Shown here: positions 37,492 to 50,304 of the stretch, piece after piece
Numbering within the stretch: position 1 is the first letter of the stretch
Layout: each line of letters opens with the position of its first letter
NCBI GenBank assembly: GCA_030295235.1
Contig: AP026142.1
Span: forward strand, 186,001 to 250,000
Direction of reading: 5' to 3'
Length of the DNA stretch: 64,000 nucleotides
Source: Fistulifera solaris
Taxonomy: Eukaryota
Notes under the pieces: generated by a model
What the model was told of the DNA's origin: nothing
What the model saw: only the letters and a program-made list of their open reading frames with translations
Database searches by the model: none
Translations under genes and position numbers: made by a program

Positions 37492-38967
37492 TTACCGCTG
37501 CCCCTCATCTCGCGTATTACTGGAGTCCAATAATTGCAATATCTTTGTCCGTCGAGCGTCTCCTTCCTGCCATTGAACAAAGCTTTTCGCCAATTCTAGG
37601 GCGGCCGTCTCATTTTCGCCACCATCCGTTACTCGTATGCTGCTCAACCATTTTACAATTTCTGATCGTCCAAAGGCTACCGCATGTGTCAGCGGCGTGT
37701 TCCCACCGTGGTTGGAAGTGGAAAAGTCGACTTGCAAGACTTCGTGCAAATAGCGACATACGTCGACATTGCCTCCGGACGCCGCCCAATGCGCGACCGT
37801 ACAACCGTTTCGATTCGTGACATTCTGGGCTTGCGCACCATACGACGCCAACAACTTGACAGTTTTCAATGTTCCCGACCAACTCGCCCACATGAGCGGT
37901 GAATTGCCATCTTTCGTGCATTGATTGACGTATGCTAATTGTTGCTGTTCAGGGATTTGCTGGATCAAATACTCACACACGTCAGCATGACCACCGGTCC
38001 CAAATTCCCGAGCCGTCGTTCCTGCTGCCGCCCAATGTAAAGGCGTAGCCCCATCCCGCGCGGCTGCATTTTGTACCGATAATCCCAACCGTATCAACGT
38101 CACCACGCCTTCGGAATACCCCGTCCCACTCGCCCAATGCAACAAAGTCGCCCCCTGGTAGTCACGTTCGTGTAAATTGGCGCCATGCTGATACAGTAAG
38201 TCGATGAGTTGTGCGGCGGTCGGTGCATTGTGCTGAAGTGCCCACGTAGTTGAATTGTTATAATAATTATTATTCCATTCATTCCGTGCCGCCGCCATGA
38301 GACCTCTACCAAATAAAGCATCAAAAGCTTCCACTTGTTGATGTGTAAATTGAGCTTGCATGGTCGTATATTGTTGTTGCCAGCGCTGACAGAGTGCGGC
38401 AAAGGATTTGGCATTGCGTGCGTGCATCATAAAGTCGAGAAACAAGGTGCCGTTCGCTTGAAAGAGCTCCGGACCGTGCGGCAATCGATGATGCATCAAA
38501 AAGGCGTGCCGCGGGGCCAGTACTTTTTCCAGTCGAGCACCCCAGTAATACGGTGGTAGATTGGCCTGAGATGGGTCTGAAATGCCCAAGGTATGGCGCA
38601 GAAATTCCATCTTGGGATGCAATTGGTGTTGCACCGATAAAGTCAACAGAGGAGGAAAAGATTGATTCATTTGAACGATTTGTTGTGTCGTATAGCCACC
38701 GCAGTGTTGCAGATAGGTAGTAGGATCAGCTGTATGAATTGTTGCATTGTAGGTATGTCGATAAAGATATTTGAAGGCATGATTGAGACGTCGAGCGGGC
38801 CGAGGTTGCGTGACGCGCTGCATGTGCGGTTTATTATTATTGTCAGCCACTGACAATGAAAGCCGTGCCGTGAATTGTTGACGACTCATAGACGTAGAGA
38901 TCCATGAGCGAACGTATCCTACGGAAACGAAAAAATATAAGAGCCATTTTAAGCGCAACAACTTCAT
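37492..38967 (-). CDS. ankyrin-repeat protein with N-terminal mTERF-like segment and predicted plastid presequence
   Basis: Signal peptide ending VRS-W; FPPLLTLSV..LHPKMEFL and RLEKVLAPRHAFL; ankyrin repeats TLLHWA, TPLHWA, SPLMWA, TVAHWA, TPLTHA. Confidence 0.85.
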   Translation of the reverse strand: MKLLRLKWLLYFFVSVGYVRSWISTSMSRQQFTARLSLSVADNNNKPHMQRVTQPRPARRLNHAFKYLYRHTYNATIHTADPTTYLQHCGGYTTQQIVQMNQSFPPLLTLSVQHQLHPKMEFLRHTLGISDPSQANLPPYYWGARLEKVLAPRHAFLMHHRLPHGPELFQANGTLFLDFMMHARNAKSFAALCQRWQQQYTTMQAQFTHQQVEAFDALFGRGLMAAARNEWNNNYYNNSTTWALQHNAPTAAQLIDLLYQHGANLHERDYQGATLLHWASGTGYSEGVVTLIRLGLSVQNAAARDGATPLHWAAAGTTAREFGTGGHADVCEYLIQQIPEQQQLAYVNQCTKDGNSPLMWASWSGTLKTVKLLASYGAQAQNVTNRNGCTVAHWAASGGNVDVCRYLHEVLQVDFSTSNHGGNTPLTHAVAFGRSEIVKWLSSIRVTDGGENETAALELAKSFVQWQEGDARRTKILQLLDSSNTRDEGQR

Positions 38968-39384
38968 CGTCAAGAAAAATGTAAAGAAGTTGTTTTCGTG
39001 TTTTTGGCAAATTACTCCTTTGTTTTTGGTACCGTACCGTACCGGTACCTTAAGGTTGAGTCACGCATTTGAAAAAGTTTCAGTCGTATGATGGACGTCA
39101 GTAGTGTCACGGTCAGCGCAAGGCTAAGTATAGTACTGGGTACCGGTACGGCACCTCACAGGCAGTGGAGTGCAACGGTAAAAACAGCAATAAGCACGCG
39201 ACGAAAAACGCGGCACTTCGTCATTATAGCACTTATATTTCCTAAGTTTATCAAAAGAGCATTGAATTGAATCTAAGCCAACAATAAAGACAAAACGAAA
39301 CCCAATTTTACCATTTCGTTTACAAGGCAACAGTCTCTTGCTGGTTTGTTTATATTGTTTGATTTATCCACATATAATAAGGCC

Positions 39385-42379
39385 ATGACGCACGACCCTA
39401 CGAATGATGCGAGTTGTATCAAGAATCATTCTTCGGATCAACTAGTCGATCCCCCGCACGATACTTTTCTGTGCAGCGACCCTACAAGTACTTCTGCACG
39501 TGCGGAGAGTCATCGTTTTCGATGTAGTCGACGGATTCTTCTCTCTTTGGTGGGTTCTTTCTTTGTTGCTTTATTCTTCTATAATAATTCTCCACGAACA
39601 ATTTATATAGCGAAGGACAACGACAACACACACGACAATGATAGCTTTGTTTACGGACCGCCAGTTGATTTACCGCAAGGTGAAACGCTCGTATCGCGTC
39701 ATCGTCGTCGAGCCGCGGCAGCGAAGGCGACGAACAACAAAAAGAAAAAATACATCACAGCAACAACACGCCAAGAAATCGGCGGCCGAACGAGCTCCCA
39801 TTCCGGTCGTGCAATTTGAAGACAGTCAATTGCCCGGCTTCTTTTTCGACAATACACCCCAAACGGCGGCGGAAGTACTCGCGTGTAAAGATTCTGTTCT
39901 CAACTATGTCATCAACGCGACTGACACGAAAGATGAATGCGATGGTTTGACGAAAGCTTTTGAAAAGACGTGTCATGCGTCTAGCAAGAAACCAGAGCAG
40001 CAACGACGATTGAGGGATAAATTAAAGACACAACAGCGTGTTTCTTACTGGATGTCGTCCCGATATCATCATTGGGTGTCTGCTTGGATGTCAAAGTCGT
40101 CGTTCTTTTTTGCGGATGAAGCGGTGGTGGATTATTGGGAACATGCTGCGCTTCTCGTGGATTATGATTTGGAGGATACAGTTAATATGCAATCAATACA
40201 GCGACGTATTTTGGGTGGGAAGAACAAGACTTTATTCGTCATTGACATGGAAGAAGACGAAACAGAACCTGAGTTACTGGACGCCACGGAGCCTCCGAAA
40301 GTGCCTGCTAAACCTATTTCTTTGCAAGTGCCCCTGGGAGGTGTATCGGAAGAAACCTTAGATATCATTCACACCGACGCCGCTGAAATACAAGAAGAAT
40401 CTATGAATCAAACTGTTGCAAAAGTTGAAGTATCGCCACCGAAAAATGTCAAACCCGTAGTAACACCGTCAGAACTAAAGTCGCGGTCCAAAGATGCCGC
40501 TGTACCCACGAAGAAAACAACCGCAGATCCTCCCTACGAACCAAATTCACGAGAAGGACGAATTTGCTGTGTGTCAATTCTCAACGTCTATCAAGAAAAT
40601 TGCTCGCCTCTCCCCGAAGATGATGTGTCGGACCGTCGATTACTCTTCGTCGTCTTCGTCATGGCTATGTGCTGTATTTTGAAGAGTCTCATCAGGCATT
40701 TCAAAATTTTGTGGTTGCCCGAAGCGGCCGGATGTATTCTAGTGGGAGGTGCGTTCGGTTTTTGAGAGTTTTCTTCGTAAGAATGGGTGTGGACGGAATC
40801 TTTCTCACACTTGTTAATGGTTCTTTCTTATCGTCGCAGTCATGAGTGGATACATTCTCATGATTTTCCCTCATCATGATGTTAGTTTTGATGGCAACTG
40901 GTTTCTGCGTATTCTAGTACCGCCCATTATCTTTGAAGCTGCCTTGGGAATTGACAAACGATCCTTCCACCGGCACCTTGTTCCTATTCTGCTTTACGCC
41001 ATTGCCGGAACTTTGATGGCAACCGTTCTGACCGCTTTCATTGTGCACCGAGGGACTTTTATGATGGGATCTTGGTGTCCTACTATACCGTACGTCGAAG
41101 CGCTGGTGTTTGGATCGTTAATTTCTTCCATTGATCCGATAGCGGTGCTCAGTGTCCTCAGCAATATGGGTATGACGGATACAGATACGGTCTATGTGAT
41201 TATTTTCGGTGAATCGCTCCTAAATGATGGTGTTGCTATCGTCCTATTCCATACTCTCGAACACTTTCTGGATGAAACTTTGGTTATTGATAGTGAGGCT
41301 CTTACCGATGCCGCCATCCACTTCTTCGTCGTGGCCTTTGGTTCCTTGCTCGTAGGTGTCGTTTCGGGAATGATGGCGACCATTTATTTCTGGCAGTTTT
41401 ATCAATGTCAAACGCCTTTGGTGGAAGTGCTCATGTTCCTTTGCTGGGCTTTGGTGCCCTATTACATTTGCGATGGGATTGGCTGGTCGGGTATTGTCTG
41501 TACTGTCGCGACGGGTTTCTTCATGGATATGCATATTGTAGGCCAAAAGCGATACGAGCAATCGAATAATGAGTCATCGGAAAACAGTGAAGAGGATGAT
41601 GATATTGTGATGACAGGCGACACGAACTTTGGTCGCCGGCCCATTTTTTCGTCGTTCGGGCATCTGTCCGAAAAGGCAAAGGAGCACATTGGCTTTGTGG
41701 CCGAGCTTATTGCGGCCACCATGGAAACCGCCATTTTGCTTATCTGGGACTCTTTCTGTTTAGTCACCGATATCACTGGAATGTGTTCCACGCTTTCATT
41801 GCCATAATTGCGTGCTGTGCGAGTCGCGGTATAATGATCCCTTTCCTGAGTTTAATGGCCAATTGGATAACGAGAGCTCAACAACTTCGATCTTCGTGTC
41901 AGCGCCGGGGAACGCGCGGAGCAGCTGTCACGAATGCAGCTGGGGTAATCATTGATCGACGAATGCAAATGGCACTCTGGTTTGCCGGTTTACGGGGTGC
42001 CATGTCGTTTGCTTTAGTTGAGCACATTCCCTTATTCGATGAAGAAACCAGAGAAGGATCTCGGTTAAAACCGGAACTCAAGGCCATGACATCAGCTTCT
42101 ATCCTATTCTCCGTATTTCTTCTCGGTGGCTCCACGTACTATGTCATGGAGCATTTGGGTATCGCCCCTCAAAAACGAAAGCAACTGAGGTCCGGAGAGG
42201 GTTTACAGGAAATGGTAGAGTTAATATCGACAAAAGGACCCAATCAAACGGACGGAAGTCCTCGCAAACCAGGAACCTTGTCGACCGAATCCAGCATGGA
42301 GCAAGCGCCAGGGACGAACACCACGTTTCGTCGTGCTCGGCATGGCAAGTCACCTTTGGAGCAGGTTCGAGTTGTCTAG
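39385..42379 (+). CDS. CPA1 Na+/H+ exchanger (NHE8-like) with long N-terminal extension; intron 40749-40839
   Basis: WLPEAAGCILVG, LVPPIIFEA, GSLISSIDPIAVL, FGESLLNDGVAIVL and WFAGLRGAMSFAL; indels near 39750-39800 and 41735. Confidence 0.92.
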
Positions 42380-42723
42380 CGGGCGTTTCTGCGCAAGACG
42401 ATTCAAATGTACATAATAACATTAGAGATTCTTTTAGATAGTAAACTCAGGCGATAGCTTTCAAATGTATCTAACATTAGATACGCTTTTCATTACTAAA
42501 CTAGAAGGCGATAGCTTTGCGAAATGGAACGTGAGAACAAAACTCGATGATGCTTTTTATTTATTAACTCGGTTTGAGTCACGCTACGAATCACTCCCGG
42601 ATTCTGTCCCCCGTATAAACTCCAGTACTTATTATAATGTATTGCGACGAAAAGGACTCTTATTGTGAAAAAATCATCGAATATTATTCTTGCAATCATT
42701 TTCGCTATATTTCAATTTATGCT

Positions 42724-45700
42724 ATGGAAATAAACAAGAGACCCGAGCCTTTATCATGGGCAGAAGCTCGACGTATCCTTCGCAATGTCCTCGAATCCTA
42801 TCTCGATCATCCGCCTCCTACGCAGCGTCGTGATGATTCTACGAAAGATAGTTCATGGCTCTCGTTCTTGATCCGCCACGATATTGATCTGTATTTTGGA
42901 GCATTTTTGTTTTCGATCGCCCTCCTTGTGCTTTCTTTGTTTTCCTTACTGGCGAGACTCGGGCACGTTTCGGATTCGCAGCTGCGACCTTCCGCGACAC
43001 AAGGCGTTTACAAGTCGCAGCTCTGTGCTTCGATCTCTCTGGCTATTGGGGCTTGCGGAAGCCTCTGGATGGTGCGCAGGCGTCGTTTCTTGAGTTTGAA
43101 CGATAGTGTTAACGCCAAAAGGAGAGAGGTGATGAGATTTCTCCGTGTTGTGAAGGCCTTCGATGAAAACGATGGATGCGATCTGACCGAGAAACCGCAC
43201 ATCAATGGCACTTCCCTGACGGATATATACCGTGTATGTCGAAAAGCTGGATCTGCTGAGCAATGGAACCAAATACCCAGTCTACTTTTTGGTGAAGGGG
43301 GATTTCATTGCCTTGCAATGTGGTGACATAGCTCCGGCGGATTGTGTCATGCTGCAAAATGGACTGATCTCGGACATTCAAATAAAGCTCGGTACCCGGT
43401 TATCACTGCAAAATATGGGACTTACTAAGGAGAACGTATTAAGTGATCTTCCGAAAGGGCGTACTACTTTACAGCCCGGGTCAACATACCTGCTGACACT
43501 TTGCAATCGCACGCATATGTTTCTCGTGCTAGACACACCAATCAATGAGTTCATAAATAGACCACCAGGTAAGTCGTTCAGCAACTGAATGTAATATTAT
43601 GTCGAATTGTGTTTAACTAACAGTTTCGCTCTTACATTGAATGAAAGTGACAACAAGACCATCTCAATCGTCCCGACAGATCAAAGCTGTTCGACAGTCG
43701 CTCTCCATTCTTGCGATCGTGTTGCTTGTCCTCACTGGCGGTATATTATTGATCAGAGTTGACCTTTCATCGAACGATCTTTCATTGTTACTGACCATCC
43801 CGTTAATGGCTGCTCTGAGTGTTTTGCCGACTGTGGGTCCCGCCTTTTTGTTTTTTCTTGAAGCCCTAGCCACTGCTCGTATTTTGGCGACAGTCCATCC
43901 GTACGCGAGTTTGACCGCCAATCAGACCAAAGAGGAAAAGACCTTTACAAGATCTAAGCTTGTTCTTCGCTACATGGTCGCTACCTGTCTTTCTCGCTTG
44001 TCATTGTGGCGAGTCGCTGACCAGATACGGCGTATCTTGGCGAAGATATTTCCCGGTTTACCACCCGCTTGGTTCAACTCCAGGTTGATCCGTATACCTC
44101 CGGCTTCGCTCAATTTAGTAGAAAAGCTCGGAGTCGCTACCGCTTTTGCACTGGTGGACGATGAGCTAGCTTGTGAGCCACATTCTATCCCACAACAGCT
44201 GTTGATTCCATCCGGACAAGGTTTGAAGCTATTGGATTTATGTCCGAAGTTTGCGGACGATAGTGACGACGAGAGTACTTCGTCGATACGGAAAAAGGCA
44301 GCTAAATCTTTTGACTCTGACTCTGAATCAGAAGATGGCTCCTCGGTGGTTTTTCATTCTAGTCTGAAGCGCAAGATCTTGCGTCGGAAAATTTTTCGGA
44401 GGGCATCGAGAAAGAATGCTTCGGATGATAGTACCGCTGAAGATAGTGATAGTCCTTTCGATGTTCAATTCGAGGAACCCACCTGGTGGCAGTTCTTACC
44501 ATCCTTGAAGTGCATCGGACTCGCTAGCCTTTTACTCGATGAAAATCGCCATGAAGAGGACGATACAGAACTTATTAATTGCTGCATCAAAGAAGAATCA
44601 GACGATGAAAATGTAGCACACGACAAGGGGTTGGTAGAAAAACGACGGGCGCTCTTGGTGAAAACAGTTTGTCACGAACGTCGCAGTAAGCAATATCATT
44701 CTCTCGCGAACTGTATTGGCTTCTCAACCAGCGAAAATGCGCATGGTAAAAACGGAGATGTTACACCATTCGAAGAGCGGCTTCGTTTGCATATTGTCTC
44801 TTCGTCCCTGGTCAGTGAGCGCATGGATCTCGATGAGCATGAACGAAGTTCTGAACAATCAAAATGGTGGGGATTATTGCGCACAGATTCAACGTCCATT
44901 GTCGTGCAGGACTCTCGGTCGAAAGCATATCAGTTACTGACTGTTGGAGATCCATCCGTGGTGGTCGATTTATGCCATGAAGCCTGGCAAGGTGAAATAT
45001 CGACAATTCTTCCTCTTCGAATGGGGGACAGAGAAACTATTCTGGAAACTGCAGAAAATTGGAAACTTGGAGACCTTGATGTTGCAGCATTTAGTTATAC
45101 CCCGATGCCCCGCTCTTTTGAAGCAATGTTTGGCTCAAACACTGAATCACAGGTATGAAGCTAAGAGATTGTTTGACATCTTTTATTACGCGTTTGTCTG
45201 ATGACATGTCTTCTCCAGATATACCTCCTAAACAATCCCGCGAGCGGAGAGACTCAACATATGTTGTCTAAAAGCAAGTCCCTCTCCCCAGAATGGTCTC
45301 TGATGAAGAATCAGATATTCTTGGGTCTGTTAGCATCTCTGGTCGTCCCCCGTAGTGAAATTCAGAGTCTTCTGTCGACCTTAAGTGATGCCGGAGTTCG
45401 GTTTGTATATTTCTCGCCTAGAAACATGCGCCGTCAAAAGAGTTGGCCTCCCAAATGGGCATTGATGTGGCATGGAACTGTGCTATATCATTAAGGCCTT
45501 TAGAAACGGGAAAAGAAGACAAATATAGAATGACTTCGAATTATGCTGACTGGGATGTAAACGCAAAGCTCCCGCATGGTGTAGAAGATGTCAAGAAGCA
45601 TTTGGAAGAAGTTGATAACGTTCCGTTGCTTGTTAGCTTGTACACTGACGTAACAAAAGAGACGACGAAGGAAATGGTACGTTGTGTTTCGTGTTGCCTT

Positions 45701-46839
45701 GTGTCTGCTTCTGTATGCTCATAGACTTTTCTGTCGCACATAGGTTGAAGTCTTTCAAGATTATAGCGACACCGTTATATCCGTCGGCTTGTCGCACTTT
45801 CCACGAAATGACGGAATATTTTCAGCTGCAGATATATCCGTGGGGGTTGATGTTCTTACAGACGACCAGGAGCGATCGAACGAGCAGATAGGTTCTTTCA
45901 GCTGTCCTCATATATTGCAGCCGGAAATAGATTTCGTTTCTGCTATTGCCTCCCATTCTTGCGCCTTTAGAGTCCGAGGTATCCCTGGCATCGCTCAGCT
46001 CACGCTTGTCATCGACCAAGGGCGAGCTTCATTGGAAGCTGCCGTGAACGCTTCGGTGTTTTTCATATTCGGCTTCTTGACGCTTTCGTTATTTCTCCTT
46101 TTTTCCGTTTGCACGCCATTTACCAATATTCCGTACACACCCGTTCTAGGTGTGGTTCTCTTCTCTTCAAATCGTCTTACCTGGACTGGGCTTTACTCTG
46201 GCGATGAGTGATGGTGATTCAGACACAATGAAACGCGTCCCTCCCAAAAATGACCAGACCGTAACTTTTTCAAGACGGGAAGGCTGGAAATTGTACAGGA
46301 ATATTGTCATCAAGTCGGTTATTCCTGCACTGTTGCCTCAAGTATTGTATCTGATCGTGTTTGGCGAGTTAATGTTAGAGTTTGAGCCTTCATTAACGGC
46401 AGAGATGTGTGGGGGAGCGAATACGTGGGTCCATATCGTTCGGTGCGACGGTTTGAAGAGCTACACTGGACCAGTTCGGATCTCCTCTGGCGTTCTTGTT
46501 TTAGTTGAGCTCGTCGTTTGCGTGACATTTGCTTCTGCAGGCTTTCTGAGTCGCTTAGATTGTCTCTTAAATGATCCACCTTGGCGGCGCAACCGCACGT
46601 GGTTACTGGCACTGTCTCTGATGGTAATCTTTTCTTTCGTGTACTGCTACTACGCTCTTCAACTTCGGGTTACGGCAGCGCTCCCGTGGTATTATTACGT
46701 TCTTGCTGCGGTTATGCCTCTGATTTGCTTGACCTGGGTAGAATTCTGCAAAAAGTCGGAGATTTACATGGAGAAGAGAGCTGAAAAGTTACGACGTTTA
46801 CAATTTGAAACGCGTCTTGGGGCATGGAGCCCCAAGTAA
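42724..46839 (+). CDS. TMEM94: TMEM94/KIAA0195-like P-type-ATPase-related membrane protein (multi-exon)
   Basis: LVKGDFIAL..GD, QIFLG, AGVRFVYFS, MGIDVAWNCAISL, AKLPHG, VDNVPLLVSL and C-terminal LQFETRLG..SP; introns near 43569, 45153 and 45676. Confidence 0.88.
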
Positions 46840-46962
46840 CCTGTATGAGAAGCTACACGTGTCTCTATTCGATAAATCCCATTGTCGATACTACATGAAG
46901 TATTGTACAACAAACGTCTATATTGTTTCAGCCGACTTGACCAGTGTTTGTTCATTCTGGTC

Positions 46963-48587
46963 CTACGTTCGTGCTCGTTTTGATGGGGTCTCCGTGGAAC
47001 GTCGAGGACAAGAGGCAAGTAACTCGACCGCTTCCGACGCGACCAGTGACTCATGCGATTCCCCATCGTCCTCATAGTTATTTTAAATGAAGTCGCAAAG
47101 CCAATCTATATGGTGAGATAAGAGCACGGCCGTGCGCTGGTAATTTTATAAGGCACTCTCCACTAATGCCATTGTCACTAGAGAGAGTCGCGATGATGTA
47201 TGGGACTCCTCCTTGACTAGCTCAGCCGAACCATTATAGAACCGATTCAGCGCATATATCTTGTCGATACTTGTTCCGTTCGAGATGTGGTTGCCGGAAC
47301 GATCAAGAGTAGTAATTTTTGATTCCGAAAAAGTAACTGACTCAGCCAAGTATACGTGGGGCCCTTTGGTGAATAATCTCCCAAAACAACCGTTTGGAGG
47401 CCCTTGTGTACTTCAAATGCCTGGAATAGCTTTTGAAAATGGGGCGCCCACGTTACACTCGGATCTTTAGCACCCATGTAGTCCACCAAATTCAGATAGT
47501 GCAGCTTATCGTTGGCTTTGATCGCGCGAATCAGGGCTTCTACAATAAGGGCAACTTTTTCGACATCATTTTTTCGTCGATGGCCAGTCAAAAAGCGAAA
47601 TCTCTGTAAGAGGCCCAATACAGCTATCCGCTTCAAAAAATGCAATAGGGAGCTCGTGCCAATTATGACCTGCGCCGCGCACATATATTCTCAAATGAAG
47701 ATTGCTGGTGGATATTTCAAGGGAATCGAAATCACTCAGCTGAAACATTTCTGACTTGAGTGCATAGCACAAGGCCTTTGCTTTGGCGGCGAACGGAAGA
47801 AGGGCTAATTTCTTTTCGAGAACGCCAACTTCAAGCGTTTCAAAGGTATCAAGTCCGAGAAGACGTTCAAAGTTGGTTTTGCTAAAAGGAATTTTGTTTC
47901 CATAGCAGTCAATTCGAAGTAAACCGAAGGAAGACTGTCAATTCGCGAGCGCATCGACAAACGCTCTCCCCTCATCATCAAAAGCAAAATAGCTGTTCAT
48001 ACAAGCCCCCGCAAGAGTCAGATGCGTGGTATGTTTCCGCGTTGCTAGGACCAACGACCGCTCTGCATCCCACACTCCTGCTCCAAAGGAAAATTGCCGC
48101 GTCGGATTTGCGTCCAACATGTGAGCAAGCTGCTCCGGTTGAAGTGTCGCAAAATCAAAGACAAATCATGGGTGTCGACAGTTGTCTTGGACGGAGACAG
48201 CCTAGTCTTGCTTAAGGGATGATGCTTGAGCGACCACAAGAATGTTACCGTCTCAACAATTCTAGCTTCGTTTTCACCGTAAATGACACTCTTGAAAGTA
48301 TTTTTTGAGATTTTCGGTATGAGAAATCATAGTAGGCCGTGTGATCTCCAGCTAAGGCGCCTGCTTAATGTAAACCAATAACTGTTTCATTCTCGCAACA
48401 AATGGAAATGTTTGTACATGTTCTCCAGTCGATATCATCGAGATGCGTCGGTTCCCGCAACCATCGATACATGGGCAACATGCAATATGCCACTGAAGTT
48501 TGTGGGTCGGAGCGCCTTTTGCCGCGACGAGAGCTCTTCGTCCGGAATCAGTTCCAGTAAAGGATTGTTGTTTGCAAGCGGATTCAT
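46963..48587 (-). pseudogene. pseudogene of a lineage-expanded RNI/LRR-like protein family
   Basis: Fragments NPLLELIPDEELSSRQKALRP, ALIRAIKANDKLHYLNL and NGTSIDKIYALNRFYNGS; in-frame stops and frameshifts. Confidence 0.65.
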
Positions 48588-49204
48588 CCTTTTGCGGGTT
48601 TCTGTAGAATTATATAGCAAGGTTTGTGTGTTCTCACAGCGACGGACAGCTTTTTTCTTGTTCACGCAGATCGAGTGATGATGCCTGCGTGCGATGAGAT
48701 GGAGAGATGGATTGTGTTCTTTAAACTGTGAAAGCGAACCGAGAACGACCTGGTATTTACTTAGCAATAAAACTACCGGTACCGGTAGGTCTTAGTCTGA
48801 TTTTCTTCATCGCAATTTTTTACTCCTAATTACGGAAGCGCAAAAGATCCGCACGATCACGATTACCAGTACCAGTATCCGGTATCGCGAAAGACTGGGT
48901 CCCGGTCTGTTACTTTACAATTTACAACCGTATTCATCGAGTCTACTATGAATTATGTAGTAGTCCCAGAGTCTCGGAGACTTTGTGTAGCCAGAATGAT
49001 TGGAAACTTGAAACCAGAACCCAAAAAAAGCAAAAACGCCTTGGACGCCGACAGAAGTACCTGGTAACAGTATTGCGCAACAATTCATTCGTTGACTTTT
49101 TGACATCGAAAGAGCTGATCGGAAAGGCTTAGAAAATCCACGGAGTTAATTTGTAGCAAATCAACAGTAACAGTATCAACACGTTGAGAGAGAGAAAAAA
49201 GGGA

Positions 49205-50304
49205 ATGGCGATACGATACCTAACGATTGCTTTATTTTCACTTCTCCAATGGCAATTTCTCCTCAGTCATCGACTCGGCGGAACTTTTGAAGAAGGCTAC
49301 TACGATGCGTACCACGAACGCCATCTTCCATTTCATAGTCATCGGTCCCTGCAGGAGGAGTTTCGTAATGAGGATGGAATTCCTATTTGCGGATTTCCAG
49401 AACCTTCTGACGCCGATTTGCGAGAGCTTGAAGCTTCACAGAAGACCTCCATTCTAGGGCGCTTTGCGAAATTCGCCGCCAGATTTTGGCGCAATCTGGC
49501 ACAGCGTAGAAGAAGCATTCCAACCTATTATCACATCATTCAAAATGCCACGATCGCCGGTCCTTCCGCGGAGCAAGTCCGAGCACAACACGATCACCTT
49601 GTGGAAGCATTCGCCCCATATGGTTTCTCTTTCACGTTAAAGGATATTACGTTCACGCGGAATAATGACTGGTTTGGTTACAAAGAGTACAATACAGATG
49701 AGGAAAGAGACATGAAGACAACCCTTAGGAGGGGAGGGCCAGAATCATTGAATGTTTATGTCAACAATGGAAAAGGCGTATGTGGATATGCTTATCTTCC
49801 AAAATTTTACGGCCAATTTCCTTGGAACGATGGTATAGTCATCAACTTTCGGTGTTTCGGAGGGGCTAGTCAGTCACAAGAGGGCGATGTTGTCGTACAC
49901 GAAGTGGTACGTTTCTGATTTGTGGATTAATGCCCATCAATCACCATGTGTGTCAATCCTAAGTTTTACGTTATGATTTTTGCAGGGGCACTGGCTCGGA
50001 TTACTTCACCCAGTAAGTTCAATTCATGTTTCATAATCTGCGGATAGTTTCGGCAAATCCGATCTTACAATTTCTTGGCATTCCAAAGTTTTCTAATTGC
50101 GCTGAACCGGGGGACGGTATTTCCGACACGCCTCTACAAGGCCTTCCTACTCGCGGATGTCCAGCAGAACCCGTGAATTCGTGTGGAAAAGGTTTCGACT
50201 CGGCAGATAATTATATGGATTACTCGTCGGATGTGTGCAAAACAAGGTTCACCGCAGGGCAAGCAGAGCGTATGGACGAGGAATGGAAGAAGTATCGCCT
50301 TTAG
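49205..50304 (+). CDS. secreted M43 (pappalysin/ulilysin-like) zinc metalloprotease; introns 49907-49985 and 50013-50088
   Basis: Signal peptide, ICG cysteine-switch-like motif, spliced HEVGHWLGLLH, DGISDTP and Met-turn NYMDYS. Confidence 0.92.

Noticed and set aside
783..46839. Programmed frameshifting in many split ORFs (HAD, Kelch, NHE, TMEM94, gag/pol)
   Set aside because: Single-base indels, often in homopolymers, hit conserved housekeeping genes and also distinguish otherwise identical LTRs; best explained as long-read consensus error.
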